Below are positions 44,650 through 64,000 of a DNA stretch of 64,000 nucleotides, piece after piece; position 1 is the first letter of the stretch, and each line of letters opens with the position of its first letter. The stretch comes from Raja brachyura. Its lineage: Eukaryota. The translations under genes were made by a program, and so were the position numbers. The stretch is from positions 19,654,001 through 19,718,000 of the forward strand of contig OY740797.1 of the NCBI GenBank assembly GCA_963514005.1, read 5' to 3'. The notes under the pieces were generated by a model. It saw only the letters and a list, made by a program, of their open reading frames with translations. It was not told the origin of the DNA and ran no database searches.

Positions 44650-46630
44650 TTAGGGAGTTCCACAAATGTTTAAAATAAAGTCCTATCTCAGGATTCATGT
44701 GTGGGATCTGTATAGGAAACATTGATTGATCTAAACTGGAAGGGAATGAAGATCAGGGAAGAGAGGATTACTCAAGCTACTTAGAAGTGTTTAAATGAAT
44801 TTGGGAAAGGAGAATGTCGGTGGAAGCATAGAACCAGTGCAACAACCGGGGTGAAATTTGCGCAGGACAAATCAAGCATGTCTTAAGGGCAGAGTAGAGG
44901 ATGGCAGGTTCGCAAGCCGAAGAGGCTTAGCAGGCTCAGCAGCATTTACTTTAATGCAAGGTGTCTCCCTGACAAGTCAGATGACATTAGAGCATGGGTC
45001 AGAACTTGGAATGATGACTTTATTGCAATCACATAACTGTAGTAGAGGGAAGAGGGAAGGACAAGACTGGCAATGTAATGTTCCAAGTTATACAACTTTC
45101 AGGTGTGAGAAAGGGTACTGCAGAAGAGCAGGAGGATATGTTTGCACTGCCTGTTAGGCAGAAAATAACTGGCCCATTGGGAGGATATCCTGGAGGGTTC
45201 ATCCAATGAGGCCTTATGGATAGAATTTGGGAATAAGAGAGGAGCAATCACATTGCCAAATTTATATGATAGGCTTCCCAGTAGTCAGGAAAAATGAGTG
45301 GACCAGGTATGTAAGCAAGCCGCCAAAGTTTGTTATAGTGGGCATTTTGATATGCTCAATCTTAACTGGAATGTCCTGATTGTCAAGGGTTTAGATGGGG
45401 AGAAATTTGTTCTGTGTGTAACCTACATTTTGTGAGCCAATATATTATTGGGCCTGTCGGAGATGAGTCAGTATGATGCTTGACATTATCTCAGGAAAGC
45501 AAACTGGGTAGGTGGCGGAAATGTTAGTGGAGCGAGACTTTTTGAACAGTGAAAAATCAGAAATGTTCCAGTTATTTATGCAAAGGGATCAGGTTGTTCC
45601 TTAAATTCGAGAAAGGCTTGTTTCAATAGCATAACTAGAACTTGACGAATGTAGACTGCACACAGATGCTTGAGGTAAAACAACAACTGACAAGTGGAAG
45701 TCTTTTAAGGGACAATTAACCAGACTTCAGCTCCAGCAAGTTCTAATTAGGGTGAAAGCAAAGATGGCAAGGCAGGAGATATGTGTGGCCCAGGCAGAGG
45801 TTTCAGTACCTTCATTCTTCAAAGGTGACATGCAAAAAGATGGAAGGGTAACTTTCACTTAAGAAGAATATCACAGATAAGCCAGCAATTACAACTGTTG
45901 TGCTTTACTTCATTAATAGGGGAAATTAATGAGGAAGGTCTTAAGAGATATGATTTATGTACATTTGATAATTCAGGTATTTATCGGAGATAGTCAGTAG
46001 AGCTTTGTGCGGGGGTAAATCCTGCCTCACTAATTTGATTGAGGTGAGAATTTTATGAGGTGAGAACTAAGCAGTTCATCAAGACTTGGGATTGTAGGCA
46101 TTTTTTTGATGTGACCTTCACTAAAGCATTTGACATGGTTTCACATTGTAGGCTGCTTCAGGAGATTAAGACACATTGGACCCAATGTAAATTGGCTAAT
46201 TGCATCTTAAATTGGCAAGGTGAAAGTCGACAGTTTGTAGTGGTGGAAAGCTACATTTCTGACTGCCTTGGCAATTAATTCCACACAACCATGGCCTTCT
46301 GTATGGAAATAAAACTTTCCCTCACTTCTTTTTTAAATTTATCCTGTGTCAACTTAAACAATGCTATTTAATTCCAGACTCTCCTGGTGAAGGGAAATGA
46401 CTACCTACTGTCCTATCTATGCTTCTGATAAATTTATAAATCTTGATGTGTTCACACCCAGTCTTGTACACTTCAGTGAGAATAATCCAAGTCAACACAA
46501 TTTCTTCTACTAACTACAGCTTATCATTCTCGACCTGATCCTGGTGAAATTTTTCTGCAAACTCTCTATGGCTGCTATATTTTTCTGTGGTGTGGTGATC
46601 AGGACTGTATGTAGTACACCAAAGGCACAC
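44650..46630. mobile_element. Old CR1 LINE fragments (endonuclease/RT on +, 3' tail on -)
   Basis: QDWQCNVPSYTTFR, DVTFTKAFDMVSHCRLL remnants. Confidence 0.7.
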
Positions 46631-46899
46631 ATAAACAGCACATGCTTACTCACATGTTTGAGAGCTTTATGCTCCCACTGACGTCCCAGGAAAACCTACC
46701 AGCATTTTATGTTTTTCCTTCCATGTTCTTGTTCATGACACTCGGTGGAGCATACTTTTTACTTACATGGATACATTTAGCTCTAAAAATACTCAAGAAG
46801 CATAACATTATTCAGGATAAAGAAATACGTCTCATTGATACCCATTCACCAACATAAAATGAGTAGTCTCCATTACTGTTGCATCATAGCTGCAGTGGA

Positions 46900-47345
46900 T
46901 CACATTGATGGAAATAGATGGGCGGCGGCGCTGACTTTAAAACCGAGATCGCCAGTTGTGGAGCTCCGTCCAGTGCCGCCTGTTCACTAGGAAGCCGCGG
47001 TCTCCGGTAAGGAGGTGGCTGTTCCAGGCACCCCAAGCCGCTGAGAGGGCTCTCCCATGGGCCGGAGCAGCATCACCCGGCGAGAGGGCCAGAAACATCG
47101 GGCCTCCATAGCGGCGACTTGTGGAGGCCTCAATAGGCCAGAGCAAGGGTGGACATGAGGATGGGGACTGGACTTTGTGCCTTTCCCCACAGTGGGAACC
47201 AATGTGGGGGGATGTTTTTATGTTTTAATGTTAAACTTCTTTGTTAAAGCTATGTTGTATTTGTATTAGTGTGCTGTAAGGACATCTAAATTTCCCCTGA
47301 AAATGGATTAATAAAGTATTTATTATTATTATTAATTATTATTCT
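46900..47345 (+). mobile_element. GC-rich SINE-like retroposon with (att)n tail
   Basis: GC-rich body, then T-rich segment, aataaag and attattatt tail. Confidence 0.45.
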
Positions 47346-47414
47346 ATATTGCAATAACTTCAGCTACTTCCTATATTTCACTTGAAGGGGCAATCATGGA
47401 AGATGACCTACCAA

Positions 47415-48140
47415 TTTGAAGGTTGAAAGTTTGAACAAGTTAGGTCTTCATTCTTTGGAGCGCAGAAGGTTAAGGGGGGGGGAGGAGTTGATTGAGGTCT
47501 TTAAAATGATGCAAGGGATAGACAGAGTTGACGTGGATAAGCTTTTCCCATTGAGGGTAGGGAAGATTCAAACAAGAGGGCATGACATGAGAATTAAGGG
47601 ACAGAAGTTTAGGGCTAACATGAGGGGGAACTTCTTTACTCAGAGAGTGGTGGCTGTGTGGAATGATCTTCCAGCAGAAGTAGTGGAGGCAGGATCGATT
47701 TTAACATTTAAAAGTAAAGTGGATAGGTATATGGACGGGAAGGGAATGGAGCGGTATGGTCAGAGTGCAGGTAGATGGGACTAGGGGAAAATAAATGGTC
47801 AGCATGGACTGGAAGGGCTGAGAAGGCCTGTTTCCGTGCTGTAATTGTTATATGGATATTTATATGGTTATAATTTTACACGGTATTTAAAGAATACCTC
47901 AGTTACAGTTGCTTAGTTATGTTGCAGTTGCTCAAGACATTAGTGAGGCCGCACTTGGAGTATTGTCTTCAGTTTTCATCACCCTATTGTAGCGAATGTT
48001 ATTGGTGCAGAGATGATTTGCGAGGATGTTGCCAGGAGTAGATGGGGGAGGTTGAGCAGGCTAGGACTTTATTCCTTGGAGCGCAGGAGTGATCTTATAC
48101 AGATATATGATCATGAGGGTAATTGATAGGGTAAACGTCT
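47415..48140 (+). mobile_element. CR1 LINE 3' fragments
   Basis: LGLHSLERRRLRG..LIEVFKMM..TRGH..FFTQRVVAVWNDLP. Confidence 0.88.
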
Positions 48141-49987
48141 ACTCTGTCAAACCTTAAAACTTCTATTGGGCTACCCAATTACATTGTTTACCATGCAGCC
48201 AAGCCCAAATCAATGTTTTATTTCTGGATAAGTATTGCCTCATTTTGTACACTGTACTCCAGTTCAATCCACTTACCTTATTCTTTTCTGCTTTTCAATT
48301 CTGTCTAAGTAAAAATGAACAGTGCCATGTTCTTTTTATATGGCCCCATTAATCTCTATTCATAGATTTGTGTATTAATGCTCCCAAACACCTTAGCTCA
48401 TCCAATAACTGGATATTATTTGGTGTTTATCTTTCCAGGAATGTGGGCATCATCAACAAATCCAGCATTGATCATCCGTTCCCCGTTGCCCTGAGAAGAT
48501 GGACATTATCCGCAGGCTTGAATTACTGCATTCCTTCATGTGAATGAACTCCCACAATGCAATTGGGAAGGAAGCACTCAGATTTAGAAGTAAACCTGAT
48601 GATGAAATCATTTACCATTAGATTTAAACAAATCTGACATTGAGAACTACAACCATTTTGTTGCATTTGATTATGGCTCGTTTATACTTTCAATATCCAT
48701 CCAATTTCATTTAATTTGCAGTTGAAAAGGTATACATCAAGGGATACTATTACAAAAATGATGTCAATGCATAAAATGGTTAAGTTACAACTTATCTGTT
48801 ACAAGTCATTAAGTCGTAAATTCAGACAAACTGATAGAGCATATTTAATAAAGACTCGATATCTATGCAATCGATTCATTGCTCAAAAATATATTCTAAG
48901 AATTAATTTCTTGCCGATATCATTTTGTGGAAGAAATTAAAAATTTAGAATGAGTTAAATCTGGTATAAAATTAGATCTAATAAACACCAGTGATAAATA
49001 GATTACACCGTTTGAACTTTTAAAACATTTCAAGGCATAACTCTTTCCCGTCAAGATCATAGACAGTTTATTTTTCTACTCTCATAGTTTATTTCATACC
49101 ACATTTGAAGTTTGTCAGTTTTGCATTTATATATCTTTCTGGAAGAAAGGGACTGAAAAAATATACAAATTCAAATGGATGCAACCTAATAGTTACCAGC
49201 ATCTTTATATCAGATCTAATTTCGCATATTCATTATAATTTAATTGGAAACGATTTGTCAGGAAATAACTTGTCCAATATATGTTTTGAGCAGTGGATTA
49301 AGTTTATAACCTTTGCCTCATTTGTGAAATATTCTGCACTAATTAATTTGGATTCAACATTTGTGGTATAATTTGAATCAGGCAGGCGGGTTGCAGACAT
49401 CGGAGTCATGGTGACTTAACTCTTTAATCACCAGCCTCAGGCACGCTGAGGTGATGGAATGATGGGAGAGCGCAACATTCAATGTTGGCACCGCCCAGAT
49501 GGAAAAAGGTCATGATGCTAAATTGCAGAAATGGATTGACAAAGTCTGTCGTACTTCGCTGAAGCCACAAGGTGGAGCCCGCCTCTCATGCAGTGAAAAG
49601 AGGCTCTCTATGGCAGATAAAAGCAATTTCTTTTTTCTGATGAAGGATGCAGAAGAGCTAGACATCAGTTCGGAATTAGGATTTGGCCTTTCAACAACAA
49701 CAACATCAGGAAGCATATTTTTATTTAGGTCTTTGTAAAATCTGGACTCGTCTCCCAGAACAAAGCTAGAATTACTCGGCCAAATGCAGCTTTTAAGACT
49801 GAGATTGTGGTCTGGTTTTGAGTAAATAGTGCAATTTTCAGTATAATACGTTTAGATTCAGTCAGGGGTGGGAGATTGCAACCTTCACGTGGTTGTTTCG
49901 ACGAATGCAATTAACCTGGTGGTCACTTGGTCCTGCAACTTTAGGTTGTGCATGCCGTACACAAGAAGAGGATTCAGTCAGTTGTTT

Positions 49988-52900
49988 CTAGCATGATCTG
50001 TTAAAGAAACAAAGCATTTAAAGTTTATATCAACTGAATTATTGTGATACGTGTTTCTCGTCCCCTAACGTTCTTACCCGTTTTCGATCACGTGCTCGGA
50101 GGTCTTTCCATGTTCCTCTCTGTTCATAGTTTGCTCTGATGTCTCGACCAATCGGTCAACCTTTACCACGGAGCCTAGACAGGAAGACAAATTAATTGGG
50201 TGCTATAATGCAGATTTGGCGATCGTGAGTTATTTTGAATGTTAACATATTTTCTTACACCACTCTTATTATTATTATGTGCCGACAAGATATCCAATGG
50301 GCGCCGATTCCCAATTGCCCATTTTGTGCTCCCGACTAAAATCGATTTGTAGCCTTTGTCTCCAGATGGGTTCGAAGTCAAGGCGAGAGAATCACTACTA
50401 AATTATACTCTGAATAATACTCTGCATGTCAGTTTTGAAGACATTCCCAACGCTTCATCGGACAGGGATCAGCCTTGGCTGGCCTCCACCCTTCAGAAGC
50501 AAAAACAATGAGATGGGGACCAATTCGGGCAGATGCAGAAATCATAACATTCAGCGGAGTCCCGACTGTCCACAAACATGAAAGAAGGAACGGCGATAGT
50601 GCCGACAACTTTTAAATCAAGTGATTGGGAAATAACCAATTTATCCAATATGCATTGGCCCAAGATAAGCAGTTGCACAAAGCTGTTACTTGAGGAAGAA
50701 AACCGCTGCACGTGGCGACGTCTAAATTACAACCGCTCTCATTTATTTTCCTATTAATATAATCGTTTTATAACAGTTCGATTAGAAGACGGTATTGTTA
50801 TCCTTGATATTAACGATGATGAACAATTTATTTTTCTAAGCTCTTTCAATGCCCTCTTTTGATTTGGCGTTTATAAGTGAATTTGGAACACTGGTGATAG
50901 CGGAGACTTGACGGGATTGTTGTCCTCTGTGAGTCTGGGGATGGAGAACTGATATAATTCTGTACCATTTGGGGGATCACGATCTTGTTATTAACAACGT
51001 GTAAATTGTGGCCAAATAGCATAAAATGACGTCGCGATATTTGATTCTCCGCAGCACCATTTTACAGGAAATTTGAAGTTGAACTCTAGAAAGAAGCTTG
51101 ATTCACCTTTGGCAGAGCTTGATCCAAAAACAATTCGCAAGGTAGCCAACACCAGTAGAATGATCAATGTACCTCCTACATTGCGAAGGACATGGACAAC
51201 GCGAGCTGAACCTGCAGACGTAAAAAATCATTGAGCGATAAGACAATTATCTCAAGTGAATGAACAAGCTATAGAATTTTATTTGTGTAAAGAGCTTTAT
51301 CAAGTGTCACTATACTACAAAAATATCCAAATAAAATAGCAACATTAGGCAAATGGACACTGCACAAAATAAACGAGAGATCTTGCTTCCAACATGAACA
51401 ATATTGTTATTGCATTAAATGTCAACGAGTGATACATTTCCAAGTCAAGCTAGTGTGCGATTTGGAAGACAGCCTGCAGGCCATGGTGTTCACATGCACC
51501 AGCTGCCCTTGTCCTTGTTGGTGATCCAACCAGTCCAGAAATCTATCAATGTCAATCCTCCCTTTTCAAACATCCTCAATGCTTCGAGGTAGGGAATTAC
51601 AAAGATTCACACATCCCCGACTAGAGTCATTGAGTCACAGAATGATACAGTGTGGAAACAGGCCCTTCGGCCCAACTCGCCTACACCGGCCAACAATATC
51701 CCAGCTACCCTAGTCCCACTTACCTGTGCTTGGTTCATAACCCTCCAAACCTTTCCTATCCATGTACCGGTCCAACTGTTTCTTAAACGATGGTACAGTC
51801 CCAGCCTCAACTACCTCCTCTGGCAGCTTGTTCCATATACCCTCCACGCGAAAATGTTACCCCTCGGATTCCTATTAAATATTTTCCCCTTCACCTTGAA
51901 TTAATGTCCTCTGGTCCTCGATTCCCCTACTCTGGGTAGAATCTGTGTATCTACCCGATCTATTCCACTCATAATTTTGTATACTTCCATAAGATCTCCC
52001 CTCATCCTCCTACGCTCCATGCAATAGAGACCCAGCCTACTTAACGTCTCCCTGTAGCTCACACCCTCTAGTCATGGCAACATCCTCGTAAATCTGTTTA
52101 AGAAGGAACTGCAGATGCTGGAAAATCAGAGGTAGATAAAAATGCTGGAGAAACTCCTCGAAATACTCTTTGAGGTCATTACCCATCGGTGGCTCCGCAC
52201 AGAAGTGACCGCTTTTATCCCCGAGAGGTCCCAATCTCTCTCTAGTTATCTTCCCCCCCCCCCCCCCTTTATTTATAAAATCATTTCGGATTTTCTTCTA
52301 TGGTACCCGCCGGGGCTATCTCTTGGCCCATTTTTGCCCTTTTTAGTTTGTTCCTTATTTCCCGAAACTCCTACAGGGATGCACGTCCCAACTGCCTGTA
52401 CCTGTCCCATGCATCCTTCTTGTTTTTGACTAATGTCTCAGTTTCCCTTGTCAGCCAAGCTTCCTTTCGTTTGCCTGCTTCGCTTTTCACTCTAACGGGG
52501 ACGTACACATCCTGAGCTCTCTTAAGTAAACTTTTAAATACATCCCACTTGGCCGATGTTCCTTTCCCCTCAAATAACCTGCTCCAGTCAACTTGTGCTA
52601 GACCTTCTCTCATACCCTCAAAATAGTGAAATATCTCAACATTACAAAGTAAAATCCCGACTTATATATAAAGAACGTGTACCTCTATCTCCATCTCACT
52701 GATTGTGTCCTTTTGATGATTTTTTGTTTGCTAACACCCCTGTCAAATGCCTTGAAGGTTTAGTCACGTCACAGCACTATAAATATTGAAGATGCAGATA
52801 TAATTTAGAAAACAGATTATAGCATATGCGTCAGTTTGCCCGAACTCCCGCGGTGAATAAACACGGTTCACATTCAGCCCTTCTCGTCGTGTTTGAGCTG

Positions 52901-53254
52901 TATCCAACAATATTTATAAATCGGAGGTCTCCCTCTGTTCCCAGTTCTGTTTGCGAGTCTTACCTGGCTTGACTGTGCAGTCGACTCTGGCCGGGAGCGT
53001 AAGGGAGACATGCGACACTAGGCAGGTGTAAATAACAACGCGCCAGGTAGGCTTCGTTACTTCGAGAAAACTGGAAGCCTCATACAACCCATTCACACTA
53101 CTGATATTCACAGGTTCTTCCCCGGTGTAAATTGTGACTCCATTTCTTTGCCAGAATATCTTGACTTCCTTCGGAAAAAAGGCAGCCGTTTTACACACAA
53201 GTCTGGGCGGCGAACTGCCTTTAATTGGGCTAATGTTCGGGGGAGTAGGCGGCG
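49988..53254 (-). CDS. Ig-superfamily receptor B, partial: C1-set - Arg-containing TM - Tyr-free tail (no leader or V exon found in window)
   Basis: C1 53254-52964, TM 51211-51107, tail 50174-50078, last exon 49997-49988 (GSC*); GT-AG with compatible phases 1,1,2. Confidence 0.75.
50078..50174 (-). CDS. Receptor B cytoplasmic exon
   Basis: GSVVKVDRLVETSEQTMNREEHGKTSEHVIENG; ttcctgtctag acceptor, gtaaga donor. Confidence 0.65.
51107..51211 (-). CDS. Receptor B transmembrane exon (charged)
   Basis: GSARVVHVLRNVGGTLIILLVLATLRIVFGSSSAK; tttttacgtctgcag acceptor, aaag|gtgaat donor. Confidence 0.75.
51620..52620 (-). mobile_element. CR1 LINE fragments in the receptor B C1-TM intron
   Basis: MREGLAQVDWSRLFEGKGTSAKWDVFK and CR1 3' tail. 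Confidence 0.8.
52964..53254 (-). CDS. Receptor B C1-set domain exon
   Basis: APPTPPNISPIKGSSPPRLVCKTAAFFPKEVKIFWQRNG...YTCLVSHVSLTLPARVDCTVKP; 19 of 97 aa differ from receptor A C1. Confidence 0.92.
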
Positions 53255-55615
53255 CTGTAACAGAAGAAGAAAATATGTTGAATATTTCCTTTCCATTGCC
53301 TCGTCACACCGCGACCTTGCACTCTCACCATCAGATCGGTTATCGGTACAATCGCTTTTACACTCACTGATTTGTCATTGTTTTCGATTTCACCTTGAAA
53401 TATATCCAAGCAATACACAAGGAATCCGAGGTTTGGATGTAGGTAATATGCGGGGTTCTGAACAATGTTCTGAAGTGCCAAATCAGGAGCTTGGCGGGGG
53501 GTGTATCATCGCTGGTAACAACGTTTTCTGTTCAGTTCAAAAATGGCCGTTTTTTTCGCGAATTGGTGCAAAAAATGATACGTGTAGAGTGGAATATCAC
53601 AGAGACACACAGCACAGCACTGAGCAGCCCAGCTGACCTACTGCATCATCAAACCTCCATCTCCATTTATTCAATGTTCATCTCCTGTCAACTTTCCTCT
53701 TCACTCCTCACCACGACCAATCAACCGGGACAATTTACAGAGTTTTCCTACCAACCTGTGGCATGCGGAATAAACCGGAGCAACGGAGGAACATCTACGC
53801 CTTGAAGGGGAGAACTATATATGGACGCACGCAGGATCTGGGTCGAACTTGGGTCGCTGAAGTTGTGGGCAGCGCTAACCAATGTAGCACTGTATATATC
53901 CAGATATCATCAATATCAATAATCAAGAGGCAGGCCGTAGTTGCATAGATGAGAGCTTGGTCCACACTTTAGTACCTTGGATGGGGGGGCTCAAGTGATA
54001 CGGCTTTTGGCCCGGGAGGCTTCTCCACAACGTATAACTGCGCCATTTGAAGGCATGATAGAGTTACACTAATAATTATTAAGAAGGAACTGCAGATGTC
54101 TGAAGAGTGGTCTCGACCCGAAATGGCACCCATTCCTTCTCTCCAGAGATACTGCATGTCCCGCTGAGTTACTCCAGCTTTTTGTGTCTGTCTACTGATA
54201 ATTAGTATCGCCGTGCAAATATTAGACGCTTCTTCAATAAGTACAATACGCGAATGGGAAATCCAAACTTAGACCACGTCTCTTCTACAATTTTGCCATT
54301 TTCCAAATGTACTCGGTTTGATGAAGACGTTTGGTCTGAATAAGATTTCACTTATATCAGCTCAGAGTGGGTCAATTGCGAACGCTGATCTACCTCCGTC
54401 GGATCTGCAATCAGTAGATAGCTAGTAGGAGGCCTCTTGTTAAATCGCTCTTCGAGTTGATGACAACTTTACGAGTTTATCATCGAGAATGAATAATTGG
54501 GGGAAAACGTGGGGGAGACTGAGGACTGAGTCCTGTAAGAATATAATTGTAAGGACAGGAGCCCTGGCGTTTGCCCCCAAATGTCGTTAACTCTTACTCG
54601 TCTTTTACAAAGTTTACAAAGGTGTGTAAACGAGAATCCTCGGAGTGAGACGGTGATATTCTGTCCCTGGAGTAAGAATCCAGCAAATCAAACCTCTCAA
54701 CGGTTTATAGGATCCATCTGTATAATAACCACGGTGGTTTGATACGGGGTTCAGCTTCGTTTACAGCCGACGAATAAAAGAGTAGAATATTTAAGGCCGA
54801 GGCCGCTCCGTTCTTCAATTCAATCGTAGGTGGTTTGTGCGTCGGGTCTCTGTGTCACAAACCCGGTTGTCACATACCCCACGATAACTAATCCAAATGA
54901 ATATTCTAACATCCCGATCTCGAGAGATCAATTTATTTTCTTGTTTCCAGACTTTAAGTGAATAAAGTAACAGATTTCGGAGATAATTTGTAACGTGGCG
55001 CGTAAAAAGCGAAAATTATGTGTGAATCAATATGGACTGTAAACATTATTCTTGTGAGATTGCAATCACTATTGGCGTAGAGTGGTGGCGTTTGAATATT
55101 GTTTTAAAGAACCTATCCAGGATGGGGGTGTTATTCCGTTGACTTCGGGAGCAGAAATGGGACATTCGTATCACAACTAAGATTAAAACATCCACGTGGC
55201 GTCAACATTTTCCATGAAAAACAATTCGAAAAAAACTTGTAATCTAAGTCGGGGGTTACACAAAAAGCTGGAGAAACTCAGCGGGTGCAGCAGCATCTAA
55301 GGAGCGAAGGAGATAGGCGACGTTTCGGGTCGAGACCCTTCATTTGATTTACTACATTCAAGCACACCATGGGGGTAAATAAAGCATGAATCTGGATCTG
55401 GGTCGTGGGCAATAACGCGAAAGTGGACAGCGCGAATCTACAGGAGAACACTGGAAAATTAACTGGAGAAGTACGAAATGAGGAAAAGAACATTTTCTCT
55501 CTACACAGATGCCGACCCACTTACGGATTATTTAAATATATCAGATTTGGAACGGTTTACTTTTATAGTATAAATCTTATCGAGTTTTTGCCGAGTTATA
55601 AAATGTCATGTTATT

Positions 55616-64000
<8,385 letters not shown>

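Overview
Eukaryotic, repeat-rich vertebrate genomic DNA. The repeat set (CR1 LINEs, V/HE1-type tRNA SINE, Penelope, DIRS) and the Ig-superfamily genes point to a cartilaginous fish, probably a skate or ray (inference). Left to right: (1) a degenerate DIRS tyrosine-recombinase retrotransposon (1-5480) whose recombinase ORF is split by a LINE insertion. (2) A complete 7-exon NUDT21/CPSF5 (CFIm25) gene on + (CDS 7213-18236, 226 aa). (3) SINE, hAT, Penelope and Tc1 elements. (4) Two minus-strand Ig-superfamily receptor genes, only partly visible in the ORF track. Gene A (35374 to about 29640) is leader / single-exon germline-joined VJ / C1-set / neutral TM / short tail. Gene B (53254-49988) has an ~80% identical C1 but an Arg-containing TM and a Tyr-free tail; no leader or V exon for it was found in the window. 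(5) From 55616 to the window end, a high-identity duplicate of 15342-~25100 carrying NUDT21 exons 5-7 only. The most interesting system is the non-rearranging antigen-receptor-like VJ-C1-TM pair, which looks like paired receptors and lies in an apparent ~40.3 kb tandem duplication whose breakpoint truncates both gene B and the second NUDT21 copy. All exon calls were read by eye from splice signals and reading frame; no database searches were run.
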